Of a stretch of DNA of 64,000 nucleotides, positions 49,292 through 58,919 are shown one piece after another. Positions within the stretch are counted from its first letter, which is position 1. Every line of letters begins with the position of its first letter. The notes under the pieces are model-generated. The model searched no databases, was not told the DNA's origin, and worked only from the letters and a program-made list of their open reading frames with translations. A program made the translations under genes and the position numbers. Source of the stretch: Polyangiaceae bacterium (GTDB lineage Bacteria > Myxococcota_A > Polyangia > Polyangiales > Polyangiaceae); contig CBDCTZ010000015.1 in assembly GCA_965222375.1 (NCBI GenBank), positions 416,001 to 480,000 on the forward strand. Direction: 5' to 3'.

Positions 49292-50503
49292 ATGCGCCGC
49301 CATGTGTTCGTGACGTTCTTGGTAGCGCTGATCGTGGGCTGCAGCGCCGGCTCGGAACCCGGGCCAGAGCCCGCCGGGGTCTCCACCGCCAGCGAGGAGC
49401 TCGTTGTCGGGGGCTGTCAGTGCGTTTCCTCGGGCACCTGCTCCCAGCTCAGCTACTCGGACATTCCACCCAGCGGCGAGTACGTGGTGACGACCTTCGG
49501 CGGCGGCAGCGACACCCAGTCGATGGCCTGCGGCGGAGTCGCCGACGGAACTTGGGCCTACGTCGCAGGCAGTGCGCGGTTTTCCTGCGGCACCAAGCTG
49601 CTGGTCGAAGCGAACGGCAAGAGCTGCGTGGCGCAGGTCGCCGACTGCGGCCCCAATCGCTGCGTCGAAGAAGCCGCTTCTGGCTCTTGCGGCACACATT
49701 CGCCGGTGCTGGACGCGAGCCCCTTCATCACGAAGTACTTGATCGGCCAGGCGCAAGCGGGGTGGAGCGAGCGTAAGACCGTCAATGCCAAGATCATCGA
49801 CTCGAGCTCGGTAGTCGGCTGCCCGGGCAGCCCAGTGACCGGGTCCGGCGGTAATGGTGGCAACGGAGGTTCAGGCGCTGGCGGCAGCACCGGAAGCTGC
49901 ACGGCGCCCACGTGTCTGGGCTGCGGCGACTGCAACTCCGTGTGCATGTGCGAATCCGGCATCCAAGTGTTCTGTGACGTCTTGTGCGGCAGCGCACCCG
50001 GCGGCACCGGCGGCACGACCGGATCAGGTGGCAGCCCAGGGAGCGGCGGCACCCCGGCGAGTGGAGGAACCCCGGGGAGCGCCGGCGCAGGGTTCGCCGG
50101 AGCCAAGGGCGACGTCGGTGACGAAGGCGGCTGCGAAGCCCCAGCCTGCAACGGCTGCGAAGGGTGCGACGATCTGTGCCTGTGCGAGGGCAACGACGCC
50201 GCAACCTGCGCCAAGAAGTGCGGGACCCCGACCGTCGATGCATGCAGGGCCCCGGAATGCACGGGTTGTGGCTCCTGCCACGAGACCTGCGCCTGCGGAG
50301 GTTTGTCAGAAGCAACCTGCGTCAACGTCTGTGGCGGCGCGGCTCCCGAGCCAGAGTTTCAACCGCCCCGGGTTCAGTCGGAGCAACCCGAATCCTGCGG
50401 CGCAAGCAGCATCGTTGGGGCGCGCCGCTCTCGGGAGGGCACCAGCTGGCCATACCTCACGCTCTTGGCTTTCGCCGCCTCCCGACATCGCCGCAAGCGT
50501 TGA
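49292..50503 (+). CDS. Cys-rich lipoprotein with a DPBB/expansin-like domain and MYXO-CTERM-like tail
   Basis: LIVGC lipobox; SCGTKLLV..GKSCVAQVADCGP..LDAS; CxxCxxC repeats; hydrophobic plus RRKR end. Confidence 0.65.
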   Translation: MRRHVFVTFLVALIVGCSAGSEPGPEPAGVSTASEELVVGGCQCVSSGTCSQLSYSDIPPSGEYVVTTFGGGSDTQSMACGGVADGTWAYVAGSARFSCGTKLLVEANGKSCVAQVADCGPNRCVEEAASGSCGTHSPVLDASPFITKYLIGQAQAGWSERKTVNAKIIDSSSVVGCPGSPVTGSGGNGGNGGSGAGGSTGSCTAPTCLGCGDCNSVCMCESGIQVFCDVLCGSAPGGTGGTTGSGGSPGSGGTPASGGTPGSAGAGFAGAKGDVGDEGGCEAPACNGCEGCDDLCLCEGNDAATCAKKCGTPTVDACRAPECTGCGSCHETCACGGLSEATCVNVCGGAAPEPEFQPPRVQSEQPESCGASSIVGARRSREGTSWPYLTLLAFAASRHRRKR

Positions 50504-50516
50504 GCCCCTCACAGCC

Positions 50517-51212
50517 TCACAGCATGGAGCCGGCGTGACGCCCCACGTCGAGCACTCCGCGGAAAACCATGACCAGCCCAATCGCTGTCTGCAGTTCCCA
50601 CTCGTTCATACCGTGAACTTGCCCGACAATCATGTGTGCTTGGGTAGAACCGTCTTCACACAAGAACAGCTCACGATGACCCAGTGCCACTCGACGATAC
50701 AGGCTGCCACCCGCTCCACCGTATCGCGCCTCGGCGTCAAAGCTGCCGCAAGACTGTCCGTTTGGCCCGAGCAGCCGATTGCCATCCAGTTCCACGCGCG
50801 CGGCAAATCCCGCGGGGCAATGAATGTCGAAGCTTCGCCCTGCGAGTGCTACGCGAACCCACGTGCCGCCGTACTGCAACGTGATCTCACCATGGCGGTG
50901 GATCTGTGCGCCCGTTGGAAGGGTGAACTTGCCATGGTAGCCCGCCGGATCCGGCGCACCACGTAGCCCACGCACGGTGCCACGCACGCTGACGCTTTGA
51001 AAGGTCGTGTAAGTGAAGTCAACCCGGCCCGACCAAGTCGGCAGAGGATTGTCGGGCGAGTTGTCCGAGCTCACCGGAAGTTGGATCGTCTGCGAACTGC
51101 GCGTTGCACCACGCAGCGCGACGAATGCCATGAAGCCCAGCGGTATCAGCAACAACACCCCAAAAAAGAGCAGACCAATCAGGAGGACCATTCGCGCCAA
51201 GCCATACCGCAT
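50517..51212 (-). CDS. Hypothetical membrane protein
   Basis: Long N-terminal hydrophobic helix; 231-aa ORF. Confidence 0.6.
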   Translation of the reverse strand: MRYGLARMVLLIGLLFFGVLLLIPLGFMAFVALRGATRSSQTIQLPVSSDNSPDNPLPTWSGRVDFTYTTFQSVSVRGTVRGLRGAPDPAGYHGKFTLPTGAQIHRHGEITLQYGGTWVRVALAGRSFDIHCPAGFAARVELDGNRLLGPNGQSCGSFDAEARYGGAGGSLYRRVALGHRELFLCEDGSTQAHMIVGQVHGMNEWELQTAIGLVMVFRGVLDVGRHAGSML

Positions 51213-51564
51213 GCAGCGTCATCCAGGAACGCCCCGCGGCATCCCGCTTCCAGAGCGAACTCGTCGGGGGAGCCCACCTCAGGATTCAACACTCCTCCTT
51301 AGCGGCTACGAGTGGTTTTCGCGCGCCCTGGACCGGGCCCCGACTAGACGCTTGCTGCTGACTTTCTTCCTTGGCCGAAACCAGCGGGTCGGCCCGACAG
51401 AACCGGACACCGATGTTTTTGGGGGGATGTGCCGGAAGCTGCCGTCATCGGCGGTTCATCGCGGCGCACGCCGCCGCGCAGCATCGCGGCAATCGCACCT
51501 CTCCGCCGCGTGACGGCAGGCTGGTAGAAAGGACTGCGGGCTTGCACAAGCTACAGCCACAATT

Positions 51565-51679
51565 AGCCCAGGGTGGGAGGGCAACTTGGTCGGCCCATTG
51601 CTGACTCAGTTGCTCGAAATCTGTACGGAGGCCCACCCCGGGTGGGACATCTTGTCGAGCGATCGCGATGCTGAGTTGC
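51565..51679 (+). repeat. 115-bp direct repeat, left copy
   Basis: Ungapped match to 54181..54295, 102/115 identical by manual count. Confidence 0.92.
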
Positions 51680-51892
51680 GAAGTTTCGCGCCGGCGACTA
51701 GTGCCTTGCCGATTGATGGGGGCTCCGGTGCGGGCGGGCCTTTGGGAGGCCCGCCGCCGCCGCACCTCCGCCGGGGCGCCGGCGCCGCGAGTGTCAGCGG
51801 CTTCGACGCGGAGAAAGGTGTGGGCGAGTACATCGACAGTGCAATTCGCCTTCGCCAGTGGAGGTGGGGCAGCAATGCGACCGCGTGGAGCA

Positions 51893-51967
51893 CGAGCGGA
51901 GGTCGAGCCGCAACGTGGAAGCGCGGAGCGCGAGCGGAGGTCGAGCCGCAATGCGGAAGCGCGGAGC
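51893..51967. repeat. 38-bp tandem repeat x2
   Basis: CGAGCGGAGGTCGAGCCGCAA(C/T)G(T/C)GGAAGCGCGGAGC at 51893 and 51931. Confidence 0.85.
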
Positions 51968-52255
51968 TAGAGCGCGCGCAGGTTGGGCATTGTCTGAGCT
52001 CGGGTTGGACCGCGGATCTACATCGCTGGTTCCGCGGTTCGATTCGCACGTTCCTTTTCTTGCGAATCTTGTTGACAGGTTTCCAGGCGCACGCGCGCGC
52101 GAAACGCCAGCCCAGCGATTTGTGCGTGCTTGCCGCGCGTGTGTGACTCGCCTGTGCGGTTTCGGCCGCAAGACGACGCACGCGCCGATCGGGTCGCGAT
52201 CGTCAGGCAGCGTGTCAGCTCAGAGGGCAAAAAAGCGCGTGTTAAGCCAGTAAGC

Positions 52256-54052
52256 ATGAAACCCACCACGCCACGAATCGAAAAGCGACTGGAGCATCTC
52301 TCGGACGATGAAGTCCTGGCGAACTTGGGCAGCGTGATTGGGTCCCGGCGCAAGATCACTGCACAGCTCGTGGCGTACCTCGGCGAGGTGGAAGCGCGGC
52401 GGTTGGAGCGGAGGGAGGCATGCTCCTCCATGTACGAGTTCTGCTGCCGCAAGCTGAAGCTCAGCGAGGGGAGCGCGCACCGGCACCTGGCAGCGGCTCG
52501 GATCGCGCAGAGCTACCCCGTGGTCCTGGACCTGCTGCGAGAGGGGCGGATCCACGTGACGGCACTCAGCATGCTGCAGAGATACTTGGATACAGAAAAC
52601 CACGCCGAGTTGCTTGCGGCGGCCTGCGACAAGAGCAAGGCCGAGGTCGAGTTGCTGATCCGCTCGCGGTTTCCGAAGAAAGACGTGGCAGACTCGATGC
52701 GTCCGCTGCCCGTCCAAGCGCGTCTCGAAGGCGATGCCGCCGCTGCTGGCCAATCAGTTGGAGCGGCCGCACAATCGGGCGCAGCGGAATCGGGGCGGGC
52801 GGCCCACGCAGCTGGGGGCGAATCGGCTGCTGGAGTACCACGAACGACGACCGTCGAACTCTATAAGCCCAGGTCCCACGTGTCACCGCTTTCCGCGGAG
52901 CGGTTTCACATCCAGTTTTCGGCCGGAACCGCGCTCAAAGACAAGCTCGAGCGCGCCCTCGATTTGATGAGCCATTCGAATCCGAAACGAGACTTGGCGA
53001 CGGTCATCGAGCGCGGGCTCGACTTGGTGCTGGCAGATCTGGAAAAGAAGACGCTCGGCAAGACCAAGCATCCAAGACGGAGTCGTGGCACCAAGCACGG
53101 CGACTTCTCCCGCCAGGCCCGCAGGGAGATCTACGAGCGCGATGGCGAGCAGTGCACGTACGTGTCGCCCAGCGGTGAGCGCTGCCAGGCGCGGGCTTTC
53201 ATACAGCTCGACCACGAAAACCCGCGCACCCTTGGCGGACCTGGCACGACTCGCAACGGACGTCTACTTTGCCGCGCGCACAACCTGTTCGAGGCCGAGA
53301 AGGTGTTCGGACGACAATACATCGAGAGTAGAATTCGCCTTCGCCAGCAGAGGTTGGGCAGCGAATCGCGGCGCCCGCATGAACAGAGCAGCGTCGTCCA
53401 GGCGAGCAGCGGGGCCGGGCCGCAGCCATCCAAAGAGAGCAGCGTGCAGGTGGCTGTCGAACTGCATTCCATGGGCGGCGCAACTCGCCTTCGCCAGCAG
53501 AGGTTGGGCAGCGAATCGCGGCGCCCGCATGAACAGGCCACTGGAGCGGCAGACGTCGAGGGGGCAATCGAGCGAAAGTCCGTGGGCTGCGCAATTCGCC
53601 CTCGCCAACGAACGTTGGGCAAGGAATCGCGGCGCGGGCATGCACAGGCCAGCATCGGAGTCGACGCTGAGCCACCAGCGTCGATTGACCCGCCAGGCGG
53701 CCGCACAAGCAGCGCCGACGAAACGTCGATAACCGACGCGCGCAGCTGCAGTGTGCACGACGCTTGCGAACTCCACGCCAATGAATCACTCCGCTATCTC
53801 GAGCATGCGGCAGGCGGTGCTGCCGGTCTAAGGTCGGAGCTCTTGCCTAGTGGCGCAGCGGCTAGCCAAGCCTGCGCGGACTCGGCCGAGATGGAATCCA
53901 AGCTTGTCAGCGCCCTGACGAACATGGGCTTTCGGCGCGGAGAGTCGAAGAAGGCCGCAGCTGCGCTGGCGTGGCGAGGAGACAATCACAACCAACGCGC
54001 CGTCGACCTGGCTGCCCTCGTGCGACGGGCGCTCGCAATTCTGGTCCCGTAG
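52256..54052 (+). CDS. DUF222-like N-domain + HNH endonuclease + RuvA C-terminal-like domain
   Basis: LSDDEVL..LVAYLGEVEARRL..SSMYEFC; ERDGEQC..C..LDHENP..GG..N..LCRAHN; C-terminal LVSALTNMGF..LVRRALAIL. Confidence 0.8.
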   Translation: MKPTTPRIEKRLEHLSDDEVLANLGSVIGSRRKITAQLVAYLGEVEARRLERREACSSMYEFCCRKLKLSEGSAHRHLAAARIAQSYPVVLDLLREGRIHVTALSMLQRYLDTENHAELLAAACDKSKAEVELLIRSRFPKKDVADSMRPLPVQARLEGDAAAAGQSVGAAAQSGAAESGRAAHAAGGESAAGVPRTTTVELYKPRSHVSPLSAERFHIQFSAGTALKDKLERALDLMSHSNPKRDLATVIERGLDLVLADLEKKTLGKTKHPRRSRGTKHGDFSRQARREIYERDGEQCTYVSPSGERCQARAFIQLDHENPRTLGGPGTTRNGRLLCRAHNLFEAEKVFGRQYIESRIRLRQQRLGSESRRPHEQSSVVQASSGAGPQPSKESSVQVAVELHSMGGATRLRQQRLGSESRRPHEQATGAADVEGAIERKSVGCAIRPRQRTLGKESRRGHAQASIGVDAEPPASIDPPGGRTSSADETSITDARSCSVHDACELHANESLRYLEHAAGGAAGLRSELLPSGAAASQACADSAEMESKLVSALTNMGFRRGESKKAAAALAWRGDNHNQRAVDLAALVRRALAILVP

Positions 54053-54180
54053 CGGGTTTCTGCAGCGTGGCCGGCGCGGATCGAGTCTCTGCAGCGTGTA
54101 CTGGCGCTGGTCAAGTCTCTGCCGCGCACTGACGCTACCACCGTGTCCGTTGTGGCCCGATTCAGATGTGCTGACACATG

Positions 54181-54295
54181 AGCCCGGGGTGGGAGGGCAA
54201 CTTGTTCGGCCCACTGCAGATTCAGTTGCTCGGTTTTTGTACGGAGGCCCACCCCGGGTGGGACAACTTGTCGGGCGGGCGCGATGCTGAGTTGC
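54181..54295 (+). repeat. 115-bp direct repeat, right copy
   Basis: Matches 51565..51679. Confidence 0.92.
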
Positions 54296-54362
54296 TTGAC
54301 AATACCGTCCGACTCGAGGGCGTCGCCACGGCGTCTGAAAAGACTGTACGATGCGGCGAGCG

Positions 54363-54842
54363 ATGACGGGCAACGAGTACAAGCGGCTGATCGCGCGCTA
54401 CCTGCTCTCGGCGTATGCCAAGCGGGGCCTGCACCTGTACGAGGAAGTGCCCATCGGGACGTCCATCATCGGCAAACAGCGACGAGTGGACCTGTTGGCA
54501 GTCGAACCGAGCAGCGGCGCGGCGATCGTCATCGAATGCAAGAGCCAGGATTCCAGCGGAACCGCCGACGAGAAGATCCCCTATGCCCTCGACGACCTGC
54601 GTGCGTTACGCATGCCGGGAGTGATCGCCTACGCCGGTGGTGGCTTTTCCGAAGGCGTGCTGCACCTGCTTCAAAGCACGGAACTCGCGGCCTACTGTCT
54701 ACCCGACGACACCCTCAAGCCCACGCCGCGCCGCAGCGGCGAGTCCATCGACAGCGGCACCTGGCAGCTCGACCACGTGCTTGCCCTCACCTTCAAGTGG
54801 TGGGACGTGCTGCTCAGCGGGCGCACGCCGATGGTGCTCTGA
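54363..54842 (+). CDS. PD-(D/E)XK nuclease superfamily protein
   Basis: RRVDLL...VIECKSQDSSGTADEKIPY. Confidence 0.75.
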   Translation: MTGNEYKRLIARYLLSAYAKRGLHLYEEVPIGTSIIGKQRRVDLLAVEPSSGAAIVIECKSQDSSGTADEKIPYALDDLRALRMPGVIAYAGGGFSEGVLHLLQSTELAAYCLPDDTLKPTPRRSGESIDSGTWQLDHVLALTFKWWDVLLSGRTPMVL

Positions 54843-55000
54843 GCCCGAATTCGCGGGCGACGCACCCGCGGCCCAGCTCGCGAGTAGTGGCCCAAGGCCG
54901 CTCAGTCCCGCGACCTCAACAAAACAAAGACTAGCCAGTCCGACCTCCAGCAACCCCAAGTCGACTCCATCCCTCGGATTGGCGATAGTTCTTCGACCGC

Positions 55001-56047
55001 ATGAGCCGTCGGAAGTGGAGTCTGGTCGCCCTCGCGGCGCTTAGCCTTGGCGTCGCGCTGTGGTTTTGGCGCAACCGGCACGCCGTGCCGAGCCCGCCGC
55101 CACCGATGTTGGGCAAGAGCAGCGCGCAGCTGCTGCCCGAACCGCGCCGCGCCAAGCGACTCGGCGGCCTCGAGGTCACCTTCATTGCCGCTTCCGACAC
55201 CCACCTCGGTTTCGAATCCGACGAGCACACCCTCCGCGGCAAGCTACACGACCCGGTCAACGACCCCCGCGGCGTCGAAGTGATCAATCATCAGTCGATC
55301 GAGGCCATGAATGCCTTGCCGGGTCGGTCTTGGCCCTCCGCCCTCGGCGGTCGAATCGCGCGCCCCCGGGGCGTACTCGTCTCCGGAGATCTCACCGAGC
55401 GCGGCAACCCATGGCAGTGGCGGCACTTCGTGCTGTTCTACGGTCTCAACGGTGGCGACGGCTTGCTGAACTACCCGGTGTTCGAAGGCCACGGCAATCA
55501 CGACAAGGCCGAGGGTTGGCACGTGCTCGAGCGCATTCGCGAACGCCACGGCGACACCTACTACTCCTTCGACTGGGACGACCTGCACCTCGTTTGCCTC
55601 GGAGAAGCGCCGGACAAGCGCGCCATTGCCTTCTTGAACAAAGACCTGAGCCAAGTCGGCAAAGAACGTCCCGTCATCATCTACATGCACTTTCCCTTTC
55701 GGGGTCCCTACAGCGACAACTGGTTTGCTCGCGACAATCACAAGCAACGCTTGTTCGACGCCATCAAGGGCTACAACGTGATTGCCTTCTTCCACGGCCA
55801 CTATCACGCTTCCGGGCGCTACCGGCACGGCGGCTACGACGTGTACAACGTTGGCGCGGCCAAGCACCGCCGCCATAGCTTTGCCGTGGTGCGCGTCACC
55901 GACACGCACCTGCGGGTTGCGTCCTTTCACCATGGTCGACAGCAGTTTCAGTGGTGGCACGAAAAGCCCATCAACGGCAGGCGCGGCAAGGTCATCGCTG
56001 GCGGCGTGTACGACAATCAGGGTGTGTTGCTCGAAGGCGAACGCTGA
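55001..56047 (+). CDS. Calcineurin-like metallophosphoesterase
   Basis: SDTH, SGDLT, GNHD, MH and GHYH motifs; N-terminal TM helix. Confidence 0.9.
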   Translation: MSRRKWSLVALAALSLGVALWFWRNRHAVPSPPPPMLGKSSAQLLPEPRRAKRLGGLEVTFIAASDTHLGFESDEHTLRGKLHDPVNDPRGVEVINHQSIEAMNALPGRSWPSALGGRIARPRGVLVSGDLTERGNPWQWRHFVLFYGLNGGDGLLNYPVFEGHGNHDKAEGWHVLERIRERHGDTYYSFDWDDLHLVCLGEAPDKRAIAFLNKDLSQVGKERPVIIYMHFPFRGPYSDNWFARDNHKQRLFDAIKGYNVIAFFHGHYHASGRYRHGGYDVYNVGAAKHRRHSFAVVRVTDTHLRVASFHHGRQQFQWWHEKPINGRRGKVIAGGVYDNQGVLLEGER

Positions 56048-56343
56048 GCAGCAGCGACGCTTTCGGATCCGCGAAAGCGGGCGGGCGCCCGGCGCTAAGC
56101 TGCTCGCCCGTGAGTCACGCGGGGCTGCCCACTAGACAATGCGCAACTTTGTCGTTGAGCGCTATCAACTCCACTCATCCGGATAAGCGCTGGAAATGCC
56201 TCACGTATTCAGATCGCGCTCTGGCGCCACGGCGCTCGGTGCAAAAGAAGTTTCGCGGCTAGACCCGCGAATTCGCTGTCATTTTCCGACAAGCAACGTG
56301 ACCCGGACCCGATTTCATGGCAGCTCTCGTGCCCGGAGGAGCC

Positions 56344-57315
56344 ATGGGCTTGCGATTTGCTGCTGACTTTCGCTCGTTACTTTGGGTCGCCATTGCGGCT
56401 GCGCTCGTTGGGCTGCAGATCGCGCGACCGGAGCTGGCGCCGTACCTGTTTTGGGTGTCCTGCTACTTCGCGCTGGCCTGCGGCGTCATGGCCCACAACC
56501 ATAACCACTGCCCCACCTTCAAGGGCAAGTCGGCCAACGAGACCTTCGGCATCATTCTCTCCGTCTTCTATGGCTACCCGACCTTCGCCTGGATCCCCAC
56601 TCACAACTTGAACCACCACAAGTACGTGAACAAGGCCGGCGACGCGACCATCACCTGGCGCTACTCCAAGAAGCACAGCTTTTGGGTCGCTCTGATCTAT
56701 CCCTTCGTCAGCGGCTACTATCAGTCGGCTCCCACCAAGGAGTTCATCGACAAGGCGCGTGAGAAGAACCGCAAGCTCTATCGCCGCATCATGACTCAGT
56801 ACTTCGGCTGGATCGGCGCTCACGCTGCTCTGCTCGGCACTTCCATCCTCCTCAACGGCTTCAAGGTCGGTTTCCAGACCTGGGCGCTTTGCTGCCTCAT
56901 TCCCGCGCTATTCGCGCTGTGGACGATCATGTTGTTCAACTACGAGCAGCACGTGAACACGGACCCGTGGTCCGAACACAATCACTCCCGGAGCTTCAGC
57001 AGCCCCACGTTGAACTTCCTGTTGTTCAACAACGGCTACCACGCTGCGCATCACGAGTACCCCGGGGTGCACTGGACCAAGCTCAAGGAGCTGCACTACA
57101 AGATGGCGCCCGAGATCGACTCACGCCTCATCGAAAGCAGCGTTTGGTGGTACTGGTTCCGCCAGTACGCCCTGGCCTGGATGATCCCGAGCCTCGGCAC
57201 CGTGCAAATCGGCCGCGCACCCTTCGATCCCCCCAAGGGGTCGTCGCTCGATCTCAAGTCCGGCAACGTCGATGCCGAAGAGATGGGCACCAACGCCGCC
57301 ATGGTCCGGCAATAA
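56344..57315 (+). CDS. Membrane fatty acid desaturase family protein
   Basis: HNHNH, HNLNHH and HAAHH boxes; GGAGGA RBS before ATG 56344. Confidence 0.88.
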   Translation: MGLRFAADFRSLLWVAIAAALVGLQIARPELAPYLFWVSCYFALACGVMAHNHNHCPTFKGKSANETFGIILSVFYGYPTFAWIPTHNLNHHKYVNKAGDATITWRYSKKHSFWVALIYPFVSGYYQSAPTKEFIDKAREKNRKLYRRIMTQYFGWIGAHAALLGTSILLNGFKVGFQTWALCCLIPALFALWTIMLFNYEQHVNTDPWSEHNHSRSFSSPTLNFLLFNNGYHAAHHEYPGVHWTKLKELHYKMAPEIDSRLIESSVWWYWFRQYALAWMIPSLGTVQIGRAPFDPPKGSSLDLKSGNVDAEEMGTNAAMVRQ

Positions 57316-57490
57316 GCCACGACTGATTGATTTTTGGTTTTGGGGTCGAGCGCTGGTGCGGCACTGGACCGCTAATCTCGTGCTGGGCCGCGCTGGTGCG
57401 CGTTCGTTGGTGCGCCGGTTGAGCCGCTAGTCTTGCGGTGGGCCACGGAGCGCGCTCGCAATGGTGCGCCCTTGCGAGCGCCCCCCTCAC

Positions 57491-57672
57491 ACTCCCCCTC
57501 CATCCTCGTTCCTCCACACCTTCAACTCGACGCCCGAGCCTCTGCCCACTGCACTGTGCCCGCTGCACTCGATCTTCAGAGGAGGGCGAGCGCAGCGGGC
57601 AGGAGGAAAAGCGGTGGGTGGTGAGTGGTGGACGTTGAGGGGGTGGGATGAGTGGAGAGGATGAGTGGGAGC
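57491..57672 (+). ncRNA. Putative long imperfect hairpin RNA
   Basis: Nested stems with several G-U pairs; C-rich 5' arm and G-rich 3' arm. Confidence 0.4.
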
Positions 57673-57735
57673 GACCGATCGCGACGTTGGATCGTTGAGG
57701 TCTTTCGTTTGGATTTTTCGCTTGTGTGATTTGAT

Positions 57736-57888
57736 TACCATATAGCACTCGGTTCCTCGCGCGAGATGCTCTCGTGTCTCGAAACGGCCGCCGCCTTTGG
57801 CTACATCGGTCCCCTGGACGAAGCGCTCGTCAACGACTTCAACCAAGTCATTGGCAGCCTCGTGCGGCTTGTAGAACGAGCCGCGTAA
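57736..57888 (+). pseudogene. C-terminal half of a four-helix-bundle (23S rRNA IVS-type) protein
   Basis: YHIALGSSREMLSCLETAAAFGYIGPLDEALVNDFNQVIGSLVRLVERAA*; an in-frame stop lies just upstream. Confidence 0.65.
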
Positions 57889-57982
57889 CGCGGCTGCGCG
57901 CGCCGGGGCCGTCACGCAGTGTTGCGGCTCCGGGGTTCGCTCTGGGTTTGAGCCTGGCAGATTTCGGCGGTATTGAGCCCGC

Positions 57983-58654
57983 ATGGGTGTGGAGTACAGA
58001 CATTTTCTCGTTGCTGGGGATTCAGCGCGGCTTCCGCAGTCGGACACTTTGACTCGAGTCGACGCGGTGCTCCGGAAGTGGGGGCTCGTCGCAGGTGAAC
58101 CTGGAGCGTACGACCTGAGTGGGGGCAAGCAGGTGGCGCTGCAAGCTGTACCGAACGGGTCGCCGGGGCCTGGCGTTCTCGTTCAGTACCCCACGGTCGA
58201 GGGAGAACCTGTGAGCGCTGTCTTGGGCCCCTCAGCATACGAAGAGGTTGGGCCTAGTGAACGCTACCTGGAGCGGATCTCCGTGGTCGTGGGCTCCGAC
58301 TTCCGAGTTCACTGGAGCAGCGAGAGTGTCTGTTTCAGTGTGGCCGAGCCGGCTTACGAATCCGGCCGTGCCGTCGAACCGTATTCAGAGGATGCGGGAA
58401 CATACCTGTACGCAGAGGCCTATCCGGCTGGCCCGGCAACCACTCCTCCAGATGTCTTCATCGAACGTGAGTCCGACGATGACGTTACATGGCAGGACTA
58501 CTCCGGTGTGTGGCGCGGCGCGGTCGTACTCGATTGCGGAAAAGACCTGCCCGGCTTTGCCGAGAGGGCCGACACCTTGCCGTGCCGCGAGTTCGTGGCC
58601 GAACTCGAGGAAGCACTCCGCTCCCCTCTGTACGAGGTCGGCGAGTACGACTGA
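57983..58654 (+). CDS. Hypothetical acidic protein
   Basis: 223-aa ORF with protein-like composition (MGVEYRHFLV...VLDCGKDLP). Confidence 0.65.
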   Translation: MGVEYRHFLVAGDSARLPQSDTLTRVDAVLRKWGLVAGEPGAYDLSGGKQVALQAVPNGSPGPGVLVQYPTVEGEPVSAVLGPSAYEEVGPSERYLERISVVVGSDFRVHWSSESVCFSVAEPAYESGRAVEPYSEDAGTYLYAEAYPAGPATTPPDVFIERESDDDVTWQDYSGVWRGAVVLDCGKDLPGFAERADTLPCREFVAELEEALRSPLYEVGEYD

Positions 58655-58919
58655 GGTCTCTGTCCGCGGCTTCGACCTCGCTCCGAGCCGACACTTCCTG
58701 GGCTTCCAGTCTTCGCAAGGCAAGCTGCGGCTGTTCTGAGCGGGCGTCGCTCTACTGCCGAATCAGAAGCGACTCCAGGTTCTGGAGCGCCCACTCGACG
58801 CGACGTTTCCGGCTGAGCTTCAGCGAAACGTGCTGCTCGCCAACCAGCGACGTGCAGAGAAGCCTCGCTCGGATGGCGGCGATTGGGGCGGCGAGGCCGT
58901 GAGCCTCGAGTAGTCCGAG

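Noticed and set aside
51801..53390. Diversity-generating retroelement TR/VR pair (upstream copy versus HNH gene segment)
   Set aside because: Mismatches are not adenine-specific and include indels; no reverse transcriptase is present in the window.
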